Assembly (NCBI GenBank): GCA_965153455.1
Contig: OZ234494.1
Location: 248,001-312,000, forward strand
Direction of reading: 5' to 3'
Length of the DNA: 64,000 nt
Origin: Sphagnum compactum
Taxonomy: Eukaryota
Position numbers and translations under genes: made by a program. The notes under the pieces were generated by a model. That model was not told the DNA's origin, ran no database searches, and worked only from the letters and a program-made list of their open reading frames with translations. Below are positions 39,025 to 48,613 of this stretch, one piece after another (the first letter of the stretch is position 1; every line of letters starts with the position of its first letter).

Positions 39025-42000
39025 ATGGCGACAAAGCTGAGTAGCAAGCGCAAGGTGGCGAAGGACTTATCGACTCCTGTAGCTGATATTGTTGCCAAAT
39101 TGCGAGAAAAGGATCTGAATGAAATACAAACACTTGAATTAAAATGCAAGGATGAGATGGTCCCTTTCGAATTTCAACATGCTGCCCTTCTCTCGTTGGA
39201 TTTCTCAGGGTGTTCGCAATTGAATGAGTTACCTACATCAATTGACAAATCGATTACTCTTCAATCGTTGGATTTGTCAGGGTGCTCGGAGTTGAAGGAG
39301 TTACCAACATCTATTGACAAATTGACTGCCCTTCGGTCGTTGAATTTGTCGGGGTGCTCACAGTTGAAGGAGTTACCAACATCTATTGATAAATTGACTG
39401 TCCTTCGGTCGTTGGATTTGTCGGGGTGCTCGCAGTTGAAGGAGTTACCAACATCTATTGACAAATTGACTGCCCTTGTGTCGTTGAATTTGTCGAGGTG
39501 CTCGCAGTTGAAGGAGTTACCAACATCTATTGACAAATTGACTGCCCTTGAGTTGTTGGATTTGTCGGGGTGCTCGGAGTTGAAGGAGTTACCAACATCT
39601 ATTGACAAATTGACTGCCCTTCTGTTGTTGGATTTGTCGGGGTGCTCGGAGTTGAGGGAGTTACCAACATCTATTGACAAATTGACTGCCCTTCGGTCGT
39701 TGGATTTGTCGGGGTGCTCGGAGTTGAAGGAGTTACCAACATGTATTGACAAATTGACTGCCTTTGATTGGTTGAATTTGTCGGGGTGCTCGCAGTTGAA
39801 GGAGTTACCAACATCTATTGACAAATTGACTGCCCTTCGGTCGTTGGATTTGTCGGGGTGCTCGGAGTTGAAGGAGTTACCAACATCTATTGACAAATTG
39901 ACTGCCCTTGATTGGTTGAATTTGTCAGGCTGCTCGCGGTTGAAGGAGTTACCAACATGTATTGACAAATTGACTGCCCTTGATTGGTTGAATTTGTCGG
40001 GGTGCTCGCAATTGAAGGAGTTACCAACATCTATTGACAAATTGACTGCCCTTCGGTCGTTGAATTTGTCGAGGTGCTCGCAGTTGAAGGAGTTACCAAC
40101 ATCTATTGACAAATTGACTGCCCTTGAGTTGTTGGATTTGTCGGGGTGCTCGGAGTTGAAGGAGTTACCAACATCTATTGACAAATTGACTGCCCTTCTG
40201 TTGTTGGATTTGTCGGGGTGCTCGGAGTTGAGGGAGTTACCAACATCTATTGACAAATTGACTGCCCTTCGGTCGTTGGATTTGTCGGGGTGCTCGGAGT
40301 TGAAGGAGTTACCAACATGTATTGACAAATTGACTGCCTTTGATTGGTTGAATTTGTCGGGGTGCTCGCAGTTGAAGGAGTTACCAACATCTATTGACAA
40401 ATTGACTGCCCTTCGGTCGTTGGATTTGTCGGGGTGCTCGGAGTTGAAGGAGTTACCAACATCTATTGACAAATTGACTGCCCTTGATTGGTTGAATTTG
40501 TCAGGCTGCTCGCGGTTGAAGGAGTTACCAACATGTATTGACAAATTGACTGCCCTTGATTGGTTGAATTTGTCGGGGTGCTCGCAATTGAAGGAGTTAC
40601 CAACATCTATTGACAAATTGACTGCCCTTCGGTCGTTGGATTTGTCGGGGTGCTCGGAGTTGAAGGAGTTACTAACATCTATTGACAAATTGACTGCCCT
40701 TGATTGGTTGAATTTGTCGGGGTGCTCGCAGTTGAAGGAGTTACCAACATCTATTGACAAATTGACTGCCCTTGTGTCGTTGAATTTGTCGGGGTGCTCA
40801 CAGTTGAAGGAGTTACTAACATCTATTGATAAATTGACTGCCCTTCGGTCGTTGGATTTGTCGGGGTGCTCGCAGTTGAAGGAGTTACCAACATCTATTG
40901 ACAAATTGACTGCCCTTGTGTCGTTGAATTTGTCGAGGTGCTCGCAGTTGAAGGAGTTACCAACATCTATTGACAAATTGACTACCCTTGAGTTGTTGGA
41001 TTTGTCGGGGTGCTCGGAGTTGAAGGAGTTACCAACATCTATTGACAAATTGACTGCCCTTCGGTCGTTGAATTTGTCGAGGTGCTCGCAATTGAAGGAG
41101 TTACCAACATCTATTGACAAATTGACTGCCCTTCGGTCGTTGGATTTGTCGGGGTGCTCGGAGTTGAAGGAGTTACCAACATCTATTGACAAATTGACTG
41201 CCCTTCGGTCGTTGGATTTGTCGGGGTGCTCGGAATTGAAGGAATTACCAACATCTATTGACAAATTGACTGCCCTTGATTGGTTGAATTTGTCAGGCTG
41301 CTCGCGGTTGAAGGAGTTACCAACATGTATCGACAAATTGACTGCCCTTGATTGGTTGAATTTGTCGGGGTGCTCGCAGTTGAAGGAGTTATCAACATCT
41401 ATTGACAAATTGACTACCCTTCGATCGTTGGATTTGTCGGGGTGGTCGCAGATGAAGGAGTTACCAACATGTATTGACAAATTGACTGCCCTTGATCGGT
41501 TGAATTTGTTGGGGTGCTCACAGTTGAAGGAGTTACCAACATCTATTGACAAATTGACTGCCCTTCGATCGTTGGATTTGTCGGGGTGGTCGCAGATGAA
41601 GGAGTTACCAACATGTATTGACGAATTGACTGCCCTTCATTGGTTGAATTTGTCGGGGTGCTCGGAGTTGAGGGAGTTACCAACATCTATTGACAAATTG
41701 ACTGCCCTGCAGTCGTTGAATTTGTCGGGCTGCTCGCGGTTGAAGGAGTTACCAACATGTATTGACAAATTGACTGCCCTTGATTGGTTGAATTTGTCGG
41801 GGTGCTCGCAGTTGAAGGAGTTACCAACATCTATTGACAAATTGACTGCCCTTCGATCGTTGGATTTGTCAGGGTGCTCGGAGTTGAAGGAGTTACCAAC
41901 ATCTATTGACAAATTGACTGCCCTTGATTGGTTGAATTTGTCGGGCTGCTCGCGGTTGAAGGAGTTACCAACATGTATTGACAAATTGACTGCCCTTGAT

Positions 42001-45000
42001 TGGTTGAATTTGTCGGGGTGCTCACAGTTGAAGGAGTTACCAACATCTATTGACAAATTGACTGTCCTTCGGTCGTTGGATTTGTCGGGGTGCTTGGAGT
42101 TGAAGGAGTTACCAACATCTATTAACAAATTGACTGCCCTTGATTGGTTGAATTTGTCGGGGTGCTCGCAGTTGAAGGAGTTACCAACATGTATTGACAA
42201 ATTGACTGCCCTTCGGTCGTTGAATTTGTCGGGGTGCTCACAGTTGAAGGAGTTACCAACATCTATTGATAAATTGACTACCCTTCGGTCGTTGGATTTG
42301 TCGGGGTGCTCGCAGTTGAAGGAGTTAGCAACATCTATTGACAAATTGACTGCCCTTGTGTCGTTGAATTTGTCGAGGTGCTCGCAGTTGAAGGAGTTAC
42401 CAACATCTATTGACAAATTGACTGCCCTTGAGTTGTTGGATTTGTCGGGGTGCTCGGAGTTGAAGGAGTTACCAACATCTATTGACAAATTGACTGCCCT
42501 TCGGTCGTTGAATTTGTCGAGGTGCTCGCAATTGAAGGAGTTACCAACATCTATTGACAAATTGACTGCCCTTCGGTCGTTGGATTTGTCGGGGTGTTCG
42601 GAGTTGAAGGAGTTACCAACATCTATTGACAAATTGACTGCCCTTGATTGGTTGGATTTGTCGGGGTGCTCGGAGTTGAAGGAGTTACCAACATCTATTG
42701 ACAAATTGACTACCCTTCGATCGTTGGATTTGTCGGGGTGGTCGGAGATGAAGGAGTTACCAACATGTATTAACAAATTGACTGCCCTTGATTGGTTGAA
42801 TTTGTCGGGGTGCTCGGAGTTGAGGGAGTTACCAACATCTATTGACAAATTGACTGCCCTTCGATCGTTGGATTTGTCGGGGTGGTCGCAGATGAAGGAG
42901 TTACCAACATGTATTGACGAATTGACTGCCCTTCATTGGTTGAATTTGTCGGGGTGCTCGGAGTTGAGGGAGTTACCAACATCTATTGACAAATTGACTG
43001 CCCTGCAGTCGTTGAATTTGTCGGGCTGCTCGCGGTTGAAGGAGTTACCAACATGTATTGACAAATTGACTGCCCTTGATTGGTTGAATTTGTCGGGGTG
43101 CTCGCAGTTGAAGGAGTTACCAACATCTATTGACAAATTGACTGCCCTTGATTGGTTGAATTTGTCGGGGTGCTCGAAGTTGAAGGAGTTACCAACATCT
43201 ATTGACAAATTGACTGCCCTTCTGTTGTTGGATTTGTCGGGGTGCTCGGAGTTGAGGGAGTTACCAACATCTATTGACAAATTGACTGCCCTGCAGTCGT
43301 TGAATTTGTCGGGGTGCTCGCAGTTGAAGGAGTTACCAACATCTATTGACAAATTGACTACCCTGTTGTCGTTGAATTTGTCGGGGTGCTCACAGTTGAA
43401 GGAGTTACCAACATCTATTGACAAATTGACTGCCCTTCGGTTGTTGAATTTGTCGGGGTGCTCACAGTTGAAGGAGTTACCAACATCTATTGATAAATTG
43501 ACTGCCCTTGGGTTGTTGAAGGAATTATTTATGGCTTCAGCTTCTAATCATCATGTTCCAAATGTTGAACAAAGTGATGAAACATGTAGTAACATTGACT
43601 TTGAGCTTGGTGGAGATGTTGGTGTTGGTACCTTGCAAAGCCAAGCAACTTCTAAGTTTGAAGAACAGAGCAGAGTCTTGAGAATCACTAAAGTATTTGG
43701 CAAGGTCATTACGAATGCTCAAGAAGTTCTAGATTCACAAAATGGAGGAAACTCAATTAAAGTGGTTGGAAGACAAAACAAGACAGCAAATGCCTACGAG
43801 TTTTTCTTCCAATCAGCAAAATGCATGAGCAAGGTTGTAGGAGTGGGATTGGAGTGGGCAAAGGTGGTTGTCTGCATGGAATGTGGTAGTGTCCAGGTGT
43901 GGTCTATAAATGAAAGTGCATGGCGAGACTCATGGCACCAAGTGGAAGAAGATGTAGTGTTGAGCATTGACCTTGCAAACATTAGAAAGGAAGGGCCCAA
44001 CATTTACAACTTAACAGCAGAGGAAGCATCAAAGAAGTTTGGGGTTGGTGTACATCCACAGGGCCCTGATTATAATCATGGTGGAGTAAATGCATTTTTT
44101 GTTGAGGAGAAGCGAAAAGATGTTGCATTCTATCCCCTCATATGGGAGCTCGCACATTACATGGCTTGGAATTGCAAGCAACATGCAGGAGCTGAATCTA
44201 GAAACAGTGGAGCTCGCTCTTTGTGGGGATTTTGGGGACCCACAACTAGCTCTCAATCCAAAGGATCCTCATCCAATAATCAAGCTAGAGATGATGCTGT
44301 TGATAATTCTGGGGCTCCTGCAAATCTATGTGATGTTTCCTCTAATGTTGCAATAGACCCAAAGAAGGACAAGACCTTGATCGTAACTGTTTATCTACCC
44401 AAAGAAAAAATTTCCAACCCACTCAATATGGCTGAATCACAGCTTGATGATCGAATCAAAAAAGCAACTATCAACCCTATGTTGGAGTTCAAATTTGAGT
44501 TGCTTCAAGGTGACACAATCAGGAAGATAACGATCGAAACTCGTACACAGTGCCACCTTGGGGACAGTCCACCAGAATTGAGTGATAGAGGATACCTTGG
44601 GTATTACCAAGATGATATCACAATCTCCTTGAGTTGCACTGGAAAGAAAGGTGATGGATCAGAGGCTGCAGAGCTTCTGAATCCAGTAACAGTCTTCAAT
44701 TCTAAAGATAAAACAAAGAGTGAATGTGACACATATGGTAAATCAGAATCTTGTGCCAGGCAAAAGTGTGGCCAAATTGCTGGACAATTAACAGCTGGTC
44801 CTTCGCACGTGGTGACTCTTGGGGGTACTATTCAAAGAGGTCTAAATCAGACAAACACTTTGGGAGATTCTACATCACATGCAAGCACCTCTGAGGTGAC
44901 TATTGCCAATTGTGTATCTGGGTATGTGCTGAACCGTAGGGAACAAGAAGCATCCTGGAAGTGCAATTTTTTATCTGAGCACAATGTCTTGGACTACGTA

Positions 45001-45483
45001 AAGCAAGGAGATGATGGGGCCTGCAAAAGGCTGAAGAGCTCTGGGATTTTTAATACATTTTGGCCATTCATTGTATCCGTGTGGGGTAACTTAGATGATA
45101 AACATGAGGCCTGCCCCTATGAATTTAAGACTAAACGAGATATCATCTCAATCCAAGATGAGATCAAACGTCGATCCATCCAAGATCATGCTCAAACATC
45201 AGCATTTGTTCCAACACCAGAACCAAAGCTTCAACACTCGTGGCGCTTTTGGTCGAAGAAACAAACCCTTGCAGCTCCGCAAGATTTTCCAGTTCCAGAT
45301 ATCAGCACAGAAAGTCAGAATCTGCAACAGGTGTACGAAAAAACAATGTGTGTAAATATTGCAATGACACATGTCATACATGAATATAAGCAATTGGAAC
45401 TGCGTGATCAAGAGAACAAGCCGGATACTGGAATAACAATTGGTGTGCAGGGTCCACCGCATGTTAATGCAGAAACAGGATAG
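39025..45483 (+). CDS. Giant cytoplasmic LRR protein (60 x 24-aa repeats) with an uncharacterised C-terminal region, possibly beta-pore-forming
   Basis: Uninterrupted 2152-aa ORF; consensus LTALxxL(D/N)LSGCSxLKELPTSIDK; no P-loop/NB-ARC, kinase, signal peptide or TM helix seen. Confidence 0.92.
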   Translation: MATKLSSKRKVAKDLSTPVADIVAKLREKDLNEIQTLELKCKDEMVPFEFQHAALLSLDFSGCSQLNELPTSIDKSITLQSLDLSGCSELKELPTSIDKLTALRSLNLSGCSQLKELPTSIDKLTVLRSLDLSGCSQLKELPTSIDKLTALVSLNLSRCSQLKELPTSIDKLTALELLDLSGCSELKELPTSIDKLTALLLLDLSGCSELRELPTSIDKLTALRSLDLSGCSELKELPTCIDKLTAFDWLNLSGCSQLKELPTSIDKLTALRSLDLSGCSELKELPTSIDKLTALDWLNLSGCSRLKELPTCIDKLTALDWLNLSGCSQLKELPTSIDKLTALRSLNLSRCSQLKELPTSIDKLTALELLDLSGCSELKELPTSIDKLTALLLLDLSGCSELRELPTSIDKLTALRSLDLSGCSELKELPTCIDKLTAFDWLNLSGCSQLKELPTSIDKLTALRSLDLSGCSELKELPTSIDKLTALDWLNLSGCSRLKELPTCIDKLTALDWLNLSGCSQLKELPTSIDKLTALRSLDLSGCSELKELLTSIDKLTALDWLNLSGCSQLKELPTSIDKLTALVSLNLSGCSQLKELLTSIDKLTALRSLDLSGCSQLKELPTSIDKLTALVSLNLSRCSQLKELPTSIDKLTTLELLDLSGCSELKELPTSIDKLTALRSLNLSRCSQLKELPTSIDKLTALRSLDLSGCSELKELPTSIDKLTALRSLDLSGCSELKELPTSIDKLTALDWLNLSGCSRLKELPTCIDKLTALDWLNLSGCSQLKELSTSIDKLTTLRSLDLSGWSQMKELPTCIDKLTALDRLNLLGCSQLKELPTSIDKLTALRSLDLSGWSQMKELPTCIDELTALHWLNLSGCSELRELPTSIDKLTALQSLNLSGCSRLKELPTCIDKLTALDWLNLSGCSQLKELPTSIDKLTALRSLDLSGCSELKELPTSIDKLTALDWLNLSGCSRLKELPTCIDKLTALDWLNLSGCSQLKELPTSIDKLTVLRSLDLSGCLELKELPTSINKLTALDWLNLSGCSQLKELPTCIDKLTALRSLNLSGCSQLKELPTSIDKLTTLRSLDLSGCSQLKELATSIDKLTALVSLNLSRCSQLKELPTSIDKLTALELLDLSGCSELKELPTSIDKLTALRSLNLSRCSQLKELPTSIDKLTALRSLDLSGCSELKELPTSIDKLTALDWLDLSGCSELKELPTSIDKLTTLRSLDLSGWSEMKELPTCINKLTALDWLNLSGCSELRELPTSIDKLTALRSLDLSGWSQMKELPTCIDELTALHWLNLSGCSELRELPTSIDKLTALQSLNLSGCSRLKELPTCIDKLTALDWLNLSGCSQLKELPTSIDKLTALDWLNLSGCSKLKELPTSIDKLTALLLLDLSGCSELRELPTSIDKLTALQSLNLSGCSQLKELPTSIDKLTTLLSLNLSGCSQLKELPTSIDKLTALRLLNLSGCSQLKELPTSIDKLTALGLLKELFMASASNHHVPNVEQSDETCSNIDFELGGDVGVGTLQSQATSKFEEQSRVLRITKVFGKVITNAQEVLDSQNGGNSIKVVGRQNKTANAYEFFFQSAKCMSKVVGVGLEWAKVVVCMECGSVQVWSINESAWRDSWHQVEEDVVLSIDLANIRKEGPNIYNLTAEEASKKFGVGVHPQGPDYNHGGVNAFFVEEKRKDVAFYPLIWELAHYMAWNCKQHAGAESRNSGARSLWGFWGPTTSSQSKGSSSNNQARDDAVDNSGAPANLCDVSSNVAIDPKKDKTLIVTVYLPKEKISNPLNMAESQLDDRIKKATINPMLEFKFELLQGDTIRKITIETRTQCHLGDSPPELSDRGYLGYYQDDITISLSCTGKKGDGSEAAELLNPVTVFNSKDKTKSECDTYGKSESCARQKCGQIAGQLTAGPSHVVTLGGTIQRGLNQTNTLGDSTSHASTSEVTIANCVSGYVLNRREQEASWKCNFLSEHNVLDYVKQGDDGACKRLKSSGIFNTFWPFIVSVWGNLDDKHEACPYEFKTKRDIISIQDEIKRRSIQDHAQTSAFVPTPEPKLQHSWRFWSKKQTLAAPQDFPVPDISTESQNLQQVYEKTMCVNIAMTHVIHEYKQLELRDQENKPDTGITIGVQGPPHVNAETG
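39190..43509 (+). repeat. Coding tandem array of 60 x 72-bp units
   Basis: The variable dipeptide recurs every 72 nt from 39190 to 43510 with no indel. Confidence 0.97.
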
Positions 45484-46116
45484 AAGTTAAGTTATAGCAT
45501 AATTTTGACTATTTCTAATTATGCACATCTCATCTTACAGGCTGTTTATTGTACAGTAATCTATGTTGTGTAGTGGGAATGTTCATAACAATAATCGAAT
45601 AGTTCCTTGACTTCATATTTTAGGACTTCCACCAGGCTATGGTATTTGTGTTTCTATCATGTTCTCGCTGTCAGTGAGCCACTTGTTGGCAAAACTGAAG
45701 TATATGTGTTTCCTATGTGTCTAACCTTGCTCTAGCGTACCATTGTGTACAATTTAGAGCATTGCCAATGCTAGCAATACATTTCAATATATTATGACCT
45801 GACTCACCTAAATTGAGATTGGTGAGTCATATTTTGAGATTGCTAGTCATATTTTGAGCTTAAGCAAAATTGTGCTATGAGTTGTTGTTATGGGAAAATA
45901 TTGGCTCGTTACCTGGCTGATACTGGAATAGGTGCAGGTTTCATTCTAGTGACGATGATAGTCGGAACTGGTTTATATAGACCAGGTAGAGGGTTTTTTT
46001 TTGTCACGAAGACAATTACATCATGGTCGTTGACCATGACAGTTACAAATGGTCACCTGGCTGACAATTATGCGCCGAAATGATGGAAGTTTTGACAATT
46101 TTGTTTTCGTCATTTT

Positions 46117-46508
46117 TTGGCAATGGCAGCTGTAGCAGTAGGAGCAGGAGCAGTGATGATGTCTGCGGCTTCTCCTTCTTGTTGCAATGTTTACTTGTTG
46201 CATCTTCATCACCCTTCTCCTCCATCTCATTGTCCTGTCACAGCTCCGTTGACATCATCCGAGGTCCTGCATCTTCGGATTCCCAAGGTGTCGAGCTTTG
46301 GGGGCTGTGCTGCAGTAGTGGGGATCTTCAATGGAGTTGAAGTTGACCGGGGAGGATTAGGGCCAGGCAGAAGAAGGTGGGAAACAAACTGAGGAGAGGG
46401 AAGTTGATAGCGGTTGTTGCTGATGATGATGGTGGTGCTGATTCCAATGGAGCTTCTCCCGGTGATGGAGAAGATGTCGCTCCCACAGCTCCAGACTTTG
46501 AATCTATC
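46117..46508 (+). pseudogene. Probable first exon encoding a plastid transit-peptide-like N-terminus, frameshifted
   Basis: MAMAAVAV...S/P-rich; continues in another frame to a GTAAGT donor at 46509, followed by (CT)n/(GT)n. Confidence 0.35.
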
Positions 46509-46970
46509 GTAAGTCTTCTCTCTCTCTCTCTCTGCATCACTGTGTGTGTGTGTGTCCCTTTCCTTTCCTACAGACCCTAAACCCTAATTCTGGACACTTT
46601 TAAAATACTAATCTGCTGCCTTTAATTGGCATCTTGTTTCCGATTTCCAGTCTCCACATGTGTTTCTTGAGATCACAGAAGAAGAAGAAGAGGAGGAGAA
46701 GTTGTGGATGTTGTTGCAGAATTCTTCATTACCTATGCCTCCTCTTTAATGGATTAGGGTTGTGGTTTTAGGAGGTGTACACAAATCCATTTCCAGGATG
46801 CTTTGCTGTTTATGTTTTAGGGTTCATATTCTTTCCTGTAATGATGACATATATCATTCCTTATTCTGTTTTTCCACAAGCTTTCTTTATTACCGAATGT
46901 ATATACTGTATATGGTTTCCTGAATTTTGACAGAGAATTGTATTGTGATGATGTTTTTTGAACTTTGTAG

Positions 46971-47325
46971 TTGAAGAGTCGAAGGGAAATGCTACTGGAG
47001 TACGTGAAGAATGTCCAACCTGAATTAATGGAGCGCTTTGTCAAGCAAGCTCCAAACCAGGTGCAGGATTCCCTCTGTTGTTTGACCAACCAGATTGATC
47101 TTATGCAAAATTCTCAGCAAGATGTATGAATTCACCCATGCAGAGAATGCATCAACAATCACACAAGTGCATGTTTGACTTGTAGAAAAGCCACATAAAA
47201 AGAAATATCTTGTAGTCAGAAGATGTACATTGATGTAATTGTCAAGCCTTTTGGTTAAAAGCATTCTGTGTTTCTGAGAGCAGGTGGTGGCAGTGATGCA
47301 TCAGACTGTGACAAATATGCTCTGC
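46971..47325 (+). pseudogene. DUF760-family gene fragment (two exons)
   Basis: AG/GT-bounded exon 46971-47060 LKSRREMLLEYVKNVQPELMERFVKQAPNQ, then an exon from 47284 VVAVMHQTVTNML; similarity stops there. Confidence 0.7.
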
Positions 47326-48613
47326 TTTATAATTGTCTCTACTTTATTCACCCCCCCAGGCCTCAGAGAACCCCTTTTGCTTGACAAGCCTGTTACTGGA
47401 TGGACATCCTCAAAAGCTGCCTTGCAATAATTGGCAGGGCAAGGGTCCAAAAGGGAAGGGCTAAAACAGGGCAAGCTGGACTCATCAATGTATGGATCAA
47501 CAAGTCCAGGATTGCAGCTGGAGGTGACCAGCAAACCAAGGATGAGGTAAGTAGAGTCATGATTGGCATTCTTGACAGATGTCTTCAAAAAATCATCTGG
47601 CATTGCAGTTCTTGAGAGAGATTGAGGCTGGTCCCTTTACCGTTGTTGAATGAGGCTGCTGAGCACAAGCTTGTGCATTGGACACTTATCACTGGGTGCG
47701 CTGGTGGTGAGTAAGCAAACTTGAGAGATTGTGTGGAGGAGTTGCGCAAAGCAGTGAAGGCTGCAAAGCATAATCGCCAAGCTGCAATGTGTGCTCTTGC
47801 TGAGGAACAACATCGGAGTTTTGAGCTTTTTTGTGGAGTTTTTTCTATAATCTCATGGATATTTAGGACAGAGACTTAGCCTGTCTACATCAGCTCTTAA
47901 ACCTTGCTTGGTGTTCTAGGGTGTGAGAAAAGGTTGATTGCCTTTCTTCCTGATGCTAAATGTCTAGGTGGGTGGCTTTCAGAAAGAAGTAGCCGCTGCT
48001 CTGGAGGAGGTGGTTCAGGTTTTAAAGGTGATTATTTTCCCTGGTCCTGTGGAAGCCAGTACAGATTCTGGCATATTGATTTCTCTTTGGACACCGGTGC
48101 ATGAAGAGTTCTTTTCAGCTGCCTGTATTCTTTGCGGGACTAGCATTTAACACTCCTTGTGCAGTGTTTTGGGGCAGTAGTTCATAGAGTACACTCAGAT
48201 GCTTGTGTTTTGGTGATGTTGCTGAGCCAAGTGTGATAGCACAAAATTCTGGAGGGAGTTGTTTTCTTGAATTTGTTTTTAAGTTGAACAGATGCTTTGT
48301 GTCTCTCAGAGCTGAATGTCTGACACTTTTGTGAGTGACTCAAGCGCACTCAAGTGTCATGTTACCTTTCGAAGTGTTGTTGTGTCTCACTTTCTAACAT
48401 GGTCACCCTGCCTTGGCCAAGAACTGTACTTTGAATCCTCAGCCATTATGGTTGAGAGGAAAATGGCATAATTTGGTACAGTGGAAGGAGTGTAAGCTTC
48501 TCAGTTTTGGCACTACACTCACAAGCTGTCTGAAAAAAGAAAAAAGAATTGGAGCTGTATTTGAACAATCTCTGTTAAGCTTAATCTACTCTGGTCATGG
48601 TTGTAGATCAACA

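Noticed and set aside
39261-43424. Long antisense ORFs (763, 403, 163 aa) over the LRR array
   Set aside because: By-product of a stop-free 72-bp unit; they break wherever a variant unit creates a stop, while the sense frame never does.
39025-45483. Calling the LRR gene a canonical NLR or receptor-like protein
   Set aside because: No P-loop/NB-ARC, TIR, kinase, signal peptide or TM helix is visible in or near the ORF.
46574-46587. accctaaaccctaa as a telomeric scar
   Set aside because: Only two units in an intron-like context; an ordinary telo-box-type motif.
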